DNA of 57,139 bases from Octopus sinensis. Lineage: Eukaryota. Shown here piece by piece: positions 13,985 through 25,719 of this stretch (the first letter of the stretch is position 1; each line of letters starts with the position of its first letter). The notes under the pieces were generated by a model. The model was not told the DNA's origin, ran no database searches, and saw nothing but the letters and a program-made list of their open reading frames with translations. Location: assembly GCF_006345805.1 (NCBI RefSeq), contig NW_021833630.1, positions 1 through 57,139 on the forward strand, read 5' to 3'. A program made the position numbers and the translations under genes.

Positions 13985-15560
13985 TCAAGAGGAGGGGGCT
14001 GTGTTAAGTCCGTGTGGGGTAGTAGTTTGTAGGGTGAAGATGTAGCGTTGCTCCAAGTGGAGCCTGGAAAGTGGGCGACCATTGTGGGGGGCGAGACCAA
14101 ACACTGAGATGTCATCTAGGGAATGGCCGAGCGGAAGTGGCGTGCAACGGGAGAAAAAGAGTGTAGGCGAATGTCCCTCAAATGTTCTGTGAATCGGTCG
14201 GACAACCGGCGTCCCGTCTGTCCTACATACAGCATCCCGCATAGGTTGCATTTAATGCAGTAAATAAGGCCAGACGAGGTGCACGTAAAGAGCGCCTAAT
14301 GCGTACAGTATGCCGGTTGGAGCCGGTGACAGCGGTGGTGTTGGTGATGAAGGCAAAGTGTTGCAGCGGGATCTAGAGCAAGGGAATGATCCGTGTGGGG
14401 CTGAGGGGGAAGGAGAGAGGGTGCTGTGGACCAGGAGGTCACGCAGATTGCGGGCTCGTTTGAAGGAGGACGGGGGGGTGGGTTAGGGAAAATGGGCGGG
14501 TGGTGGGATCAAGCTGGAGGCGACGGAAGGCACGTAGTATCTTGCGACGAAGGGGTAGGGTAGAGGGGTGGAAAAGGAGGGGGAGGGGTTGCGGTTGGGG
14601 GGGGGCGGGGGGAAGGAGACAGGGCGGTGGTGGTGGTGCGGTCGATGCGACGGGCGCGGGTGAGGGCATCAGAGAGGAGTATGGGTGGGTAACTTCGGAG
14701 TCTGAACATGCGGGCCAGGTATTGAGATTGGGTCTCGAAATCCTGGTCGCGGCTGCAAAAACGTCGGAGGCGGAGGAACTGGGAGTAGGGGATGCTCGTT
14801 TGGTGTGGAAGGGGTGGGAGGAAGAGAAGTTGAGATAGAGGTGGGAATCCGTAGTTTAAAGAAGGCGGTGGTGGTGAGAGAGTTGGAGGGGTGATCGATG
14901 CGGAGAGAGATGTCAAGGAAGTTGACAGAGGTGTTGGAGATGGTGGAGGTGAATTGAATTGAGGGGAGGGGTGAAAGTTGGAAAGGAAAGAGATGAATTG
15001 GCAGAGAAGTTCACGGGAAAGGAGGTGGCACCTACGCAGTGTCGATATAGCGACCGTATAGTTCGGGGGTCGGCCCAGAGAACTGGAGAGAGAACTTGGC
15101 CTCAATGTAGCCAAGAAAGAGATGGCGAAATTGGGGCCCATCCTAGTTCCCATCGCGACCCCGGACACCTGTTGGTACGTTTCCCCGGCGAACGTGAAGC
15201 AATTGAGGGTGAGGACGAGCTCAGCCAAGCGGAGAAGGGTGGGGGTGCTAGGGGTGGGGTCGGGACGACGGTCGAGGAAGTGTTGGAGGGCTAGGAGACC
15301 GTCATTGTGGGGAATCACTGTGTACAGGGATTTTACATCTAATGTGAAGAGGAGGTGTGAGGGGCTGGAAGGGAAGGAAAAGGAATTGAAGAGACGGAGG
15401 GCGTGGTTGGTGTCGTGTATGTGGGATGGGAGGGCTGCGACTAAGGGGGACAGGATGCGGTCGAGGTATAGGGAGATGAGTTCAGAGGGGCAATTACAGG
15501 CAGAGACTATGGGACGGCCAGGATTAGAGGGTTTATGGATCTTGGGAAGGAAGTAGATGG
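13985..15560 (-). pseudogene. Frameshifted PLE pol: reverse transcriptase + Cys linker + GIY-YIG endonuclease
   Basis: IYFLPKIHK..GRPIVS, LFTLDVKSLYTVIPH, QQVSGVAMGTRMGPNFA, SIPYSQFLRLRRFCS, FPCSRSRCNT, FTCTSSGLIYCIKCNLCGMLYVGQTGRRLSDRFTEHLRDIR, EQRYIFTLQTTTPHGLN (the last segments were reconstructed across frameshifts). Confidence 0.92.
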
Positions 15561-15734
15561 TGGAGGTGTGTGTGTGTATGTATATATATGTTCGTACTTC
15601 AAAAGTTTTCTTTCTGAACCACAGTCTCAACTTCAGGAATGAGGAAAAAAGAACGCCACAAGTTTACCGAGATATATATGGAAGTTGAAAAACCCATGTG
15701 TAGATAAATTTCCTCATTTCTCTTGCCCCTTCTC

Positions 15735-16020
15735 TGTGGCTGTGTGATAAGAAGTTTCCTTCTCGACCAAATAGTTCCGGGTTCCGTCTCACTGCGTGTT
15801 ACACTGGGAAAGTGTCTTCTACTTTAGCCGCGGGTCGACCAAAGTCTTGTGGGTTTGGTATACGTATGAAAGCCAAAAGAAACTCTCCGTAGATTTGTGT
15901 CTATGTGTGTCTCTGTGTGTATCTATGCGTGTCTCTGCGTTTCTGTTTATCCCTTATCACAGCTTGACAACCAGCGTCAGTTTGTTTACGTTCCAAACTT
16001 AACTGTTCGGTAAATAGAAA
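15735..16020 (+). mobile_element. tRNA-derived SINE family B, degenerate
   Basis: TGGCTGTGTGATAAGAAG..CCGGGTTCCGTCTCACTGCGT..GTGTCTTCTACTTTAGC..GCTTGACAACC matches the better copies at 44520 and 51610. Confidence 0.7.
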
Positions 16021-17369
16021 AAACAGTCTTAGAAAAAAATATTGAGATCTATTTTTTTTACTAAACTCTTCAGTTCAGTACCACAGTCAAATAAATGAAG
16101 CAAATAAAAGGGAATAGACAAAAGATATCACTTAGTCAATTATTAAACGTAAAAAAACTCTGCAGAAACGGAACAGTGGACTATTATCGTGCTGACAAAT
16201 TATAGAATTAGACAACAAATCCATACTTTCTAAAGCTGATTAATTACTTTTAGAATTAATGTCCAAATATTTTTATGCTCTGGCAAGTATTTGTTTGTTT
16301 GCTAAAAGGTACGCTAAAATAATGTAGCAGGCACTTAACTTTTCACTCATACATGTACAAATGTATTTCGATAGGATTTTTTCTGCGAATAAAACAAGCA
16401 CACTAATTGCAGTTTGCTCTTTATTAGTATTTAATTAATTCATTTATAAATTTATTTAAAACCCGTCTTCACACAACTGTGTTCTTTTCGCTGATGTATT
16501 TTTTTTTTAGTTTTAAGTTATTGTCCATATACTTTTCGTATTTAGTATTGATAGGTATTTTATTTATGTCTTCATATGTGTGCATGTGGGTGCGTGCGTG
16601 TGTGTGCGTGTGTATGTGTATATGTGCGTGCGTGTGTGCGTGTATGCGTGTATGCATTTCCTTCAGTTGCTATTGTTGCCTTTTATTGTTCTACTGTTCT
16701 GTGATTTGGACAGTTAAAACTGTTTGCGTTCATTTTTCATTGTCTGTCCAGTCTTTCACGTTAATCCTGGCGACAACCGATCCGGTAAGGATTCTGATGT
16801 TGTTATCATTATTATGAATGCCTCATGAGCAAGTAAGTTTTGCGGAGCCCTTTTCTCTCGAGAGACACACCTTGGCTCGAACACAAGGTCGTTGACTTGA
16901 GCATGTTCCTCCGTTCTAGCCCGTAACTCATTGAGATGTACTACCCGGAGTTTCTCGGCTAGTGGTGCAGTGTTAACACTATCCTCTTACTTAGTTTAGT
17001 CCACCAGCTGAAGTGGGGAACTGCTGTGTGGTTCTTGGAGTAATCAAACGAGATATTAGGAATTGAATGAAGGCCAGTGATGACTGTCCATCTAACCATT
17101 TGGATTTTCCACAGCAAGGTGCAGCTGCCAGACACCGAAGGTACTACCTCCACTTAGAGACTCCTCCACACACAATATTACGAGAACGAAATAGGAAATC
17201 AAAATACACGCACGTGTACTCCCATATGAGTACTCACCTCCATATACACATACACAGAATCTACTCCGTCTTCATCTCAAACACCATTTGTTCCACGATG
17301 CCTCGCATCTCTTGACAACAGGTAGAGTACTTGTTTCGGCAATCAAAAGCCTCGAAAATCCGTTTAGAA

Positions 17370-17590
17370 TTCCCTGCAATTTCTTTTCACACTGACACTA
17401 GAATTTCCCTCCCGTTCAATTTTTATATCCACTTCTTGATATTAATTTGTCCGATCTGATCAACCAGTCCCTGTTCATTCACGTACTTCAGCTCAACGTG
17501 CCCGTAATGTGTGTGTGTTTTTTTTTTATCAAGGCCTAAGTAAATTTTTTCTGTAGCTTCGTTTCTCTGGCTCGCTCCTAATATAACATT
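17370..17590 (-). mobile_element. Second fragment of the LINE region seen at 9860-10075
   Basis: GAATTCCCTGCAATTTCTTTTCACACTGAC..TTTTATATCCACTTC..TCTGATCAACCAGTC..TTTATCAAGGC aligns by eye with 9866-10030. Confidence 0.6.
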
Positions 17591-18207
17591 CAAACATTCG
17601 GCTGAGGTAGGACCCACAGACAGAGACCACCAATGCAAATAGACTACCGGGATCGGATTAGTGAATTACTTAAGCGGCATTTGATGGGGGTAATCATCAA
17701 CAGTTGTTGGGGTGGGGAATACCCTGAATTGGTGGTTGGATCCAATCTTCTCAATGATTCTTCAGTACCTTACCAACTTGGCAATACACGATTCCCTACG
17801 CAACAACATGAAGAATAGTCAATAAAAATGATTGCACTGAATAATTTTATGAAGATTTTGTAACGTAATGGCGAATGATTGGAGGTGGGGGACACAGTAT
17901 AGACTTATATATGCCTTCCCTATTATCTTACTGGTACATATTTTATCTACTTCTCCATGAGGAACAGATGGAGTGAAAAGGTTGACAAATATTTCGAATA
18001 TACAACAACAAAAACAAGAGTAACAATAACGAGGGGCGTAGCAATAAGAAGGTAATGTTATATAGAGCAAATCATATGGAATGGTTGAGCGTAATGGTAG
18101 AGAAGGTGGTGGTGGTGTTAGTGGGGATAGAAATGACGATGGTTGTGTTAATGGTAACAGAGAGAGGAGCGAGAAAGAAAGGGAGAAAGAGAAAGAAAGT
18201 GAGAGGG

Positions 18208-18247
<40 letters not shown>

Positions 18248-18814
18248 AGAGAGAGACTAGTAGTAAATATAATGTGCTACGAAGGGTAAAATAACAAATT
18301 TGGTAGTTATATCTGTTACTAGTCTAGACATAATGGCGACATTGACTGGCACGTTTTGTAATTAGGTGGTGGTAGTCCTTATTGGGGAGACAACAACAAC
18401 AACAACAATAACACAACAATAAAAAAACAACAGCAACAACAGTAACAAACAACCAGCAAACGAACAAGCACCAGAAATACAACAACAATGAAAACAAGAC
18501 CAATTATATCAATAAAAAAATACAACAGTGGCGGTCGCGCAACATTAATAGCAGCAACAATATCATTAACAAACTACAAACATATATCCTCTACTAACAA
18601 CAACAACAACAGCAACTACCGCCACCATCATACACAACAGTAACAATAATAACAACAGCAAAAACACTAGACTGGTATGTACATTACAATGTAATGTATG
18701 GAACATCCTAATTGCAACAAAGGCAACAAACCAAGCAGTTGCCATGGAAATGTAGGAATATATACATATGAGAATAATAAATAGTTCTTGATACAGTATT
18801 ATATATATGTTTGA

Positions 18815-18940
18815 AAGAATGAATAGAGATGGCTTTTTGAGGGGGTAATTTTTATTTTAATCTTGACTCACTGTTAACATTATTATTAAGATTAAAATAA
18901 AAATTAGCTCCTCAAAAAAAAGCCATCTCTACTCATTCTT
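18815..18940. mobile_element. Short palindromic MITE-like repeat (about 50-bp arms)
   Basis: AAGAATGAATAGAGATGGCTTTTTGAGGGGGTAATTTTTATTTTAATCTT versus AAGATTAAAATAAAAATTAGCTCCTCAAAAAAAAGCCATCTCTACTCATTCTT; a second copy lies at 24540-24640. Confidence 0.7.
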
Positions 18941-19101
18941 CCAAACACACACAAACACACACTCATATATATATATATATATATATATATTTAAATAATG
19001 AGGGAGATAAATTAATATTAATTTTAATATCAATTTAAAACCAGTAGTCCAGCGTACAAAAAATCTGAGAAGTCAGAGAAAATTCTAATATACGTGTATA
19101 T

Positions 19102-19309
19102 TGGCAGGGCTGGACTGCTAGGTAGCCGGCCGTATGCTAGAAACAGATCATCAACGATCAAACTACTATATACATTTTCATCTGTCCTGCCCGCCAAATT
19201 TGGTTCTGGTGTTCGCTGAATTTTTCCTCTAGAGAATTTCCTTCGTAGTTTGATCGTTGATGATCTGTTTCTAACATACGGCCGGCTACCTAGCAGTCCA
19301 GCCCTGCCA
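19102..19309. repeat. 65-bp inverted repeat (64/65 identical) with 78-nt spacer
   Basis: Arm 19102-19166 versus reverse complement of 19245-19309; single C/T difference. Confidence 0.95.
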
Positions 19310-19817
19310 GTCACGTGACTGTTGGCCGAAATCTGCCTTTCAGCTCCTGACCCTCGTCGTGTTAACATCGTTGTTCTTCGTCCGCCGCTATAAAGGCTTT
19401 TTCCAATGCGCCAGAGAAAAAATTTGTTTGCTTGTTATCAGTCGTAAGACACTTGTTGTTTTCACCGTTAATGCTTCTGTATTTCATGTTTCTGTATTCC
19501 ATTATTGTTTTTTGTTTTTTTTTATATCTGTCCCTTTGCTGTCCTGGTGTTCGTATGCATTCGATCCTTCTTCCAGGAAATCTACGCTTCCAGCTTAGTT
19601 TTTCTTGGAGGGCTGGCCGTGATCTAGTAATCTCAAGATTAATCAGCCGAAATTACTACGATGATCGGTTCTTGACTGAAGACTGAGGGGTTCGAATGTC
19701 CTGTCCATGTTTATGTATCGTCTTCTATGAGTTATACGTTCTTGTCCATGTTGTATTTTTCTACATACCTTAATATATACATATATATATATATATACAT
19801 ACATATATATACATATA

Positions 19818-19870
<53 letters not shown>

Positions 19871-20287
19871 ATATTTCGGAATGGTCATATTGCCAGTTTA
19901 GCCAATAAAAACACACGCACTATATATTTGGTGTTATTTTGCTTCAGTGATATTTATTTTTTACATTAATCTTAATCTTATTTCGGCCAAAGTTCTTTCG
20001 TCACACTCCTGTGACCGCATCAGTGGTCCTTTGTTTTCTTCTCACTTACTTGTGTCTCTCCTTACTAACCGTCAGCCATTTTGTATTTCTATTGTATGTC
20101 TTCATCTGCGCATGCTTATATCTCTATGTGCGTCTATGTTTATTTAGTGTGTGTGTGGGGGGGATGCCTGTAATATTTGTATCTTCTGGTTATATACATT
20201 CTTGTAATTTGTATTTTGTTTTTGTTGTTGTTGCTTTTGTTCTAATTTTGTTCATGTGTTTACATCCACCCATTATTATCATTACAT

Positions 20288-22802
20288 ATGCTTGTATGTA
20301 TGTATAACAACAATATTAGTAATAATAATAATAAATCTAATAGGAAGGCTGATGTTGGAAACAGTAACGATAATGAAGATAACCCTAGAGAGACCATTGA
20401 CATGTATACCCATCCCTTTGACACTCAATTCTTCAACGTATGCGACAAAACTTACTGCATGAACCGAATTTATCCAACAACATTACCCTTCAACAAAAGA
20501 GTATACATCCCAAGACGTACTAATGACCACATGGAAGCACAGTTTACTATAGCTAGGACCAAACTTAGACAGATTTTAGGATTATACATTAAGAGACAGA
20601 GACAGAATAAGACAGATGCCCAACAACTCGGGATTAAACCTGCATGTGGCCTACAGAAGCTCATTCAGCGCACGAGGAACGGAGAGGTGATATGCCTTCC
20701 CACGGATAAGTCCGGCAGGATGTCAATAGACAGCTTACCGAACTACATCCAGGCAATGCAACCTCATATCGCCAATACAAAAGTAACAACTGTACAGGCG
20801 CATGAGGAGAGAGAAAAGGTCCTCAATGCCCATATGATGATGTGGACAATTGTTCTAGGACCTCAGAAACGTACTGCAAGGAATTTCCAAGCCTGGAACA
20901 ATGATATCCCGGCACTGTATGGACTTCGCAAGGACCATAAAGGTTTTACTGACCCTATAGCAGGACCACCAACAAGACCAGTCTGTGGAGCGAATATCGC
21001 TAGCAATTACAGAATCTCCTACTTCCTCTCAATGATCATACGCCCTATAATCAGGATGTCACCTGATGTGTGTGACAGCACAGAAGATCTCCTAAGCAGG
21101 ATCAGTGACTGTAACAAAACTTGTGACTTGACAGGATGTATAGTAGGTAGCATGGATGTGGTATCCCTATACCCATCGATTGACGTAGATTTTGCAGTGG
21201 AGAAGTGCGTGGAGATGATCAACGAGAGCCAGGTGGAGTTCTGTAATGTCGACACAGAAGAACTGGGCCTCCTACTTAGACTGACATATAATAGTGAATA
21301 CTTAGATAAACATAATCTTAGTAGTTTCTGCCCCAGTAGATGTTTAAGAGGTAGACCGCCTACAATTACTTCTATGGCTAGGAAGACCATATAGAAAGAT
21401 GGCGCGGATGGACCAGAGCCATACGGAGCCCCGCAAATGTCCATCAGGTAAAGAAAATGATCGCACATGCACTAGGAGCTAGTATAAGAGTTACCCTAAA
21501 AGGCCACACATTTAAATTTAATAATAAAATATATGCCCAGGACGAGGGGGCAGCCATCGGTGTTAGTATCGCTGGTGATGTGGCCAACCTCTTCATGGTA
21601 TGGTGGGACAGAAGGCTTAAAGAATGCCTACTGCAGAAATCCATACTTGTAAACATGTACTCTCGCTATGTTGATGATATCAATATAGTAGTAAAGGCAC
21701 CCCCACAAGAGAGTAATGTTGATATAGTAATAGAAACTAATACTATGGAGAGCATCCAGCAAATAGCTAACTCCATCCACCAGAGTATTAAGGTCACAAT
21801 AGACTACCCCACTAAAAACCCCAACCATAGACTACCAGTACTAGACACTGAACTCTGGCTAGAAATTGTGAAAAATAAAACCCAAATCCTTCATTCATAC
21901 TATGCAAAGCCTATGGCCTCAAAATACCTGATCCACCGGAACTCAGCCATTGCGGGCAATGCCAAATTCAATATTTTGATGGCAGACCTCGTCAGAATAA
22001 TGAGAAATGTGTCACGCATGTGCGAGCCTACAGAATTAAAGAGACACATACAGTATTTCATTCACCGCATGCAGTTCTCAGGTTACAGCCATAAAGAAAG
22101 GGTCAGAGTATACAAAGGAGCCATGAAGAAATTTGATAATATATTATGTAATGATAGGAATGGGATTTGCCCACTCTATAGGAACAAGTCATGGAACACT
22201 ATAGAAAGGACAAAAAAGAAAATAGGGAAGGCCAACTCTTGGTATGATAGCCATAAATACCAGAGTGTCATGTTCGTTGACACCACCCCTGGAGGTGAAC
22301 TGGCGTACCGCTTTAGAAGGACCCTAGATAAACTTAACTAAGAATTAAGGTTGTTGAAAAGCCAGGCAACCCTATCAGATCTATAATTGGTAGAAGCTAT
22401 CCTTTTAGTAGAACTCTTTGTACGGATAACTATTGCACTGTATGTAGATTTAGCCCACAAACAAACTGTAAAGCCAGAAATGTGGTCTATAGTATAAGAT
22501 GTATAGAGGGACGATGCAGTAACAAGACAGTAACATACGTAGGGGAAACAGCAAGAAGCATTGGTGAGCGGGTGAATGAACATTGGAGACAATTCAAGGA
22601 AGGTAAAAGCTCATCGATTCTGTACCAACACGCTGAACAAGAACACGGGGGATCAATCAATAACATAGAGATTAAGATATTGTCCACACATAGAACAGAT
22701 GCAACAATTAGACAAATTACAGAAGCTACACATATAATAGAAAATAAACCTAGCCTGAATAGAAAACTAGAATGGAGCAATAGCGCACACCACAACATAT
22801 GA
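20288..22802 (+). pseudogene. PLE pol ORF (RT + Cys linker + C-terminal GIY-YIG), broken by two single frameshifts (~21378, ~22336), probably 5'-truncated
   Basis: TDKSG, LYGLRKDHK..PPTRPVCGA, GSMDVVSLYPSID, AAIGVSIAG, YSRYVDD, LPVLD; linker KVVEKPG..CTDNYCTVC..C; VVYSIRC..YVGETARSIGERVNEH..QITEA..KPSLN. No other stops between the three segments. Confidence 0.95.
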
Positions 22803-22943
22803 CGATAGTGGATCCTGCAAACATAATAAATACACAGATAATTAAAGAAATAGAAATGAATAACTATATATATGTATATGTGTGTGTATATGTGTATATG
22901 TGTGTGTATATGTGTATATATATGTATATATATTATATATATA

Positions 22944-22976
<33 letters not shown>

Positions 22977-23300
22977 TTTTTTTTTTCAATTAGATTTATT
23001 ATTATTATTACTAATATTGTTGTTATACATACATACAAGCATATGTAATGATAATAATGGGTGGATGTAAACACATGAACAAAATTAGAACAAAAGCAAC
23101 AACAACAAAAACAAAATACAAATTACAAGAATGTATATAACCAGAAGATACAAATATTACAGGCATCCCCCCCACACACACACTAAATAAACATAGACGC
23201 ACATAGAGATATAAGCATGCGCAGATGAAGACATACAATAGAAATACAAAATGGCTGACGGTTAGTAAGGAGAGACACAAGTAAGTGAGAAGAAAACAAA

Positions 23301-23345
23301 GGACCACTGATGCGGTCACAGGAGTGTGACGAAAGAACTTTGGCC
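23301..23345 (+). ncRNA. Atypical hammerhead-like motif in the PLE terminal repeat (mirror copy 19985-20029 on minus strand), family F2
   Basis: GGACCA-CTGATGC-G-GTCAC-AGGAGT-GTGAC-GAAAG-AA-CTT-TGGCC: 5-bp stem II, A9 replaced by C, very short stem III. Confidence 0.45.
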
Positions 23346-23439
23346 GAAATAAGATTAAGATTAATGTAAAAAATAAATATCACTGAAGCAAAATAACACC
23401 AAATATATAGTGCGTATGATATAAACAATGTGCCCTTTT

Positions 23440-23935
23440 TAAAGCCTAGCCAGGCTCATGGGCCCGGTTTCCCGGTTTCTATGGCGTATGTGTTCCCCAG
23501 CTGGACGGGACGCCAGCCCATCGCAGCATTACTCATTTTTGCCAGCTGAGTGGACTGGAGCAACGTGAAATGAAGTGTTTTGCTCAAGAACACAACGCGT
23601 CGCTCGAAACCACGCGCCTCCACATATATATATATATATAATATATATAAAATATATGTATATAAATGTGTATGTGTGTGTGTGAAGGCGTATGGCTTAG
23701 GGGTTAGGATGTTGCAACAACGACCTGACGAACGCGATTTCAATTCCGAGACTGGGTGATGCGTTGTTCTCTCGAGCAAACCACTTTATCTATGTTGCTC
23801 TGTGATCACCTTGACACCTGACGCGTGGCAGATAGTGTACATGTTCAGGCAATGTTGATTTGATAGAGGAAGTGAGCTAATAAACAAATTATTTGTGCAG
23901 GTTGTTGGGCAAGAAGCCGAACGGGCGAATCTATC
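23440..23935. mobile_element. Two tRNA-derived SINE family C fragments (23440-23605 minus; 23685-23935 plus)
   Basis: GGCGTATGGCTTAG.GGTTAGG..TTCAATTCC..TTGTTCTCTCGAGCAAACCACTTTAT and the reverse-complement core CTGAGTGGACTGGAGCAACGTGAAATGAAGTG..GCTCAAGAACACAAC. Confidence 0.75.
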
Positions 23936-24145
23936 ATACGCACACACATATTCATACATACGTACATATATATAAATTCAAATTACGATGAACGTAAACA
24001 ATCAAAGGGAGTTTGCTTAAAAAGCGTCGAGATGTCTTAAAAAGTTAAAGAAGTGATTTTAAATTCTCAAACGCAGAATAATGATAATAATAATATAGCC
24101 TGAACAAGATAAGCTACCCCTATTTTGCAGAAAAATAGTGTTGGC

Positions 24146-24222
24146 GGCCGGCTATGAGACTCGAACTCACACCTCCGTGATTATGCGTTCCGATCCTCTG
24201 AACCAATTAAGCTAAACCGCCC
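24146..24222 (-). pseudogene. tRNA-like sequence (pseudogene or SINE head), with a truncated second copy at 24453-24510
   Basis: Minus strand GGGCGGTTTAGCTTAATTGGTTCAGAG..ATAATCACGGAGGTGTGAGTTCGAGTCTCATAGCCGGCC: A box, B box, T-arm GTGAG/CTCAT and a downstream TTTTT. The anticodon arm is imperfect and differs between copies. Confidence 0.6.
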
Positions 24223-24539
24223 ACATCACAAATTCTTCCGCAAATATATAGAAATCTTGCTTTATAAGACGCTATCATACGTTAAATTCAAATTACGATG
24301 AACGTAAAAAAACAAACGAAGTTTGCTTTCGAAGCATTGAGATGTCTTAGAAAGTTAAAGAAGTGATTTTTAAATTCTCAAACGCAGGATAATGCTAATA
24401 ATATAGCCTGAACAAGATAAGCTACGCCTATTTTGCAGAAAAAGGCGTTGGCGGCCGGCTATGAGACTCGAACTCACACCTCCATGATTACGCGTCGCGG
24501 TGCTCTGAACACAGAAATAATTTATTCTCAAACGCATGA

Positions 24540-24640
24540 AAGAATGAGTAGAGATGGCTTTTTGAGGGGGTAATTTTCATTTTAATCTTGACTCACTGTA
24601 AACATTATAAAATAAAAACTATCTCGTCAAAAAAGCCATC
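24540..24640. mobile_element. Second, partly deleted copy of the palindromic MITE-like repeat
   Basis: AGAATGAGTAGAGATGGCTTTTTGAGGGGTAATTTTCATTTTAATCTTGACTCACTG..AAAAAAGCCATC, as at 18815. Confidence 0.7.
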
Positions 24641-24735
24641 CAGGCCGGTAACGAAGTTTTCTGCAATATATGGATAGTTTATCCTGTTCATGCTATTGTA
24701 TTAGCACTATCATGCATTTGAGAATATATTATTTC

Positions 24736-25153
24736 GGATCTTTTCGGTTTGAACGGCAGTTTTTTCTAGCGGTGTCATATGAAATTGTCACCCATAATTA
24801 TGACCCTAGTATTGATCTATTGCATTCCAATCTGTTTTAGGGTTAGGGTTTGGGGTGGGGGGAAGGGTATCTTTTTTTCTTCAGAAATGTAAATAAACCC
24901 AATCTGTTTCTTAAACGAGGGACATATTCATACAACACAGAATGTCTTTTACCTCAATGGACGTTATCGATTGGTTGAAATTGCAGAAATTGAAGAAAAA
25001 AACCAACAAATATCTTACAAACTATAGAATTTTCTCAATAAAGTCAAGAGAAAAAGATGTTTTATAAACACATTCTACCAGTATACAAAGTTTGAAAGTG
25101 TTTAGTTACGTGGAAATTATTTTAAAAAACTGCCTTTCAAACCGAAAAGATCC
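24736..25153. mobile_element. 418-bp non-autonomous DNA transposon, 30-bp TIRs, 8-bp TSD (Merlin-like by GG termini and TSD length)
   Basis: TIR GGATCTTTTCGGTTTGAACGGCAGTTTTTT versus AAAAAACTGCCTTTCAAACCGAAAAGATCC (1 mismatch). TSD ATTATTTC at 24728-24735 and 25154-25161. Internal TTAGGGTTAGGG. Confidence 0.85.
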
Positions 25154-25206
25154 ATTATTTCTGTATCTTTCAATACATTTCAACGCTTCTTCATAGTAAA
25201 TTGAAG

Positions 25207-25270
<64 letters not shown>

Positions 25271-25719
25271 CACAGACACACACACACACATATGTATATA
25301 CATGTGTATATATATGCCCACATTTAATAAACACAATAATACATATATGCACACATACGTCGCGCGCGTACATACATATAATAGGCAGCGGAGTGGCAGC
25401 GTGGTAGAAAATTTGCTTTTGAATCACGTGGTCCCGGTTCAGTCCTACTGCGTGTTCTCTTCGGTAAGCGTCTTCAGCTATAGCCAGCTGGTACCACTGC
25501 ACAGAAACAATTGTTGTATTTCGTAATTAAAACATCTTTATTCCACCTTCTTGTATAAATTTTTATATACACTCTACACAGTAACAGAGTGCCACGTGGA
25601 TATACAGCTTATGGAATAACACTGCTCTTTGATAGCATATGGTAGCCGATAACAGTATAGAAGCTTATAAAATGCACGTTATGATGTCCTTTCATAGATA
25701 ATATTAAATATCTGTGTAA

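Larger units (their letters stand above)
10922..15560 (-). mobile_element. 5'-truncated Penelope-like retroelement (Neptune-like) with ~3-kb microsatellite-rich 3' region and terminal HHR
   Basis: RT and GIY-YIG coding remnant at 13985-15560, then cryptic (CA)-type repeats with GC-rich islands, HHR at 11017-11054, and a 3' end ..TTTGGATTAA abutting (TA)n at ~10921. Confidence 0.9.
19915..23415 (+). mobile_element. Young Penelope-like retroelement bounded by 427-bp inverted repeats
   Basis: 19915-20341 is the reverse complement of 22989-23415. Ends were checked base by base, and the ORF track gives identical 98-aa peptides at 20011+ and 23023-. The interior encodes RT + GIY-YIG. No TSD is seen. 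Confidence 0.93.

Noticed and set aside
19310-19319. Perfect GTCACGTGAC palindrome (E-box/CLEAR-like)
   Set aside because: It is a single 10-mer inside a repeat-derived segment with no promoter context.
20288-22802. Selenocysteine (UGA) read-through as described for some Naiad PLEs
   Set aside because: The ORF breaks are frame changes ending in TAG and TAA, not in-frame TGA, and the endonuclease is C-terminal.
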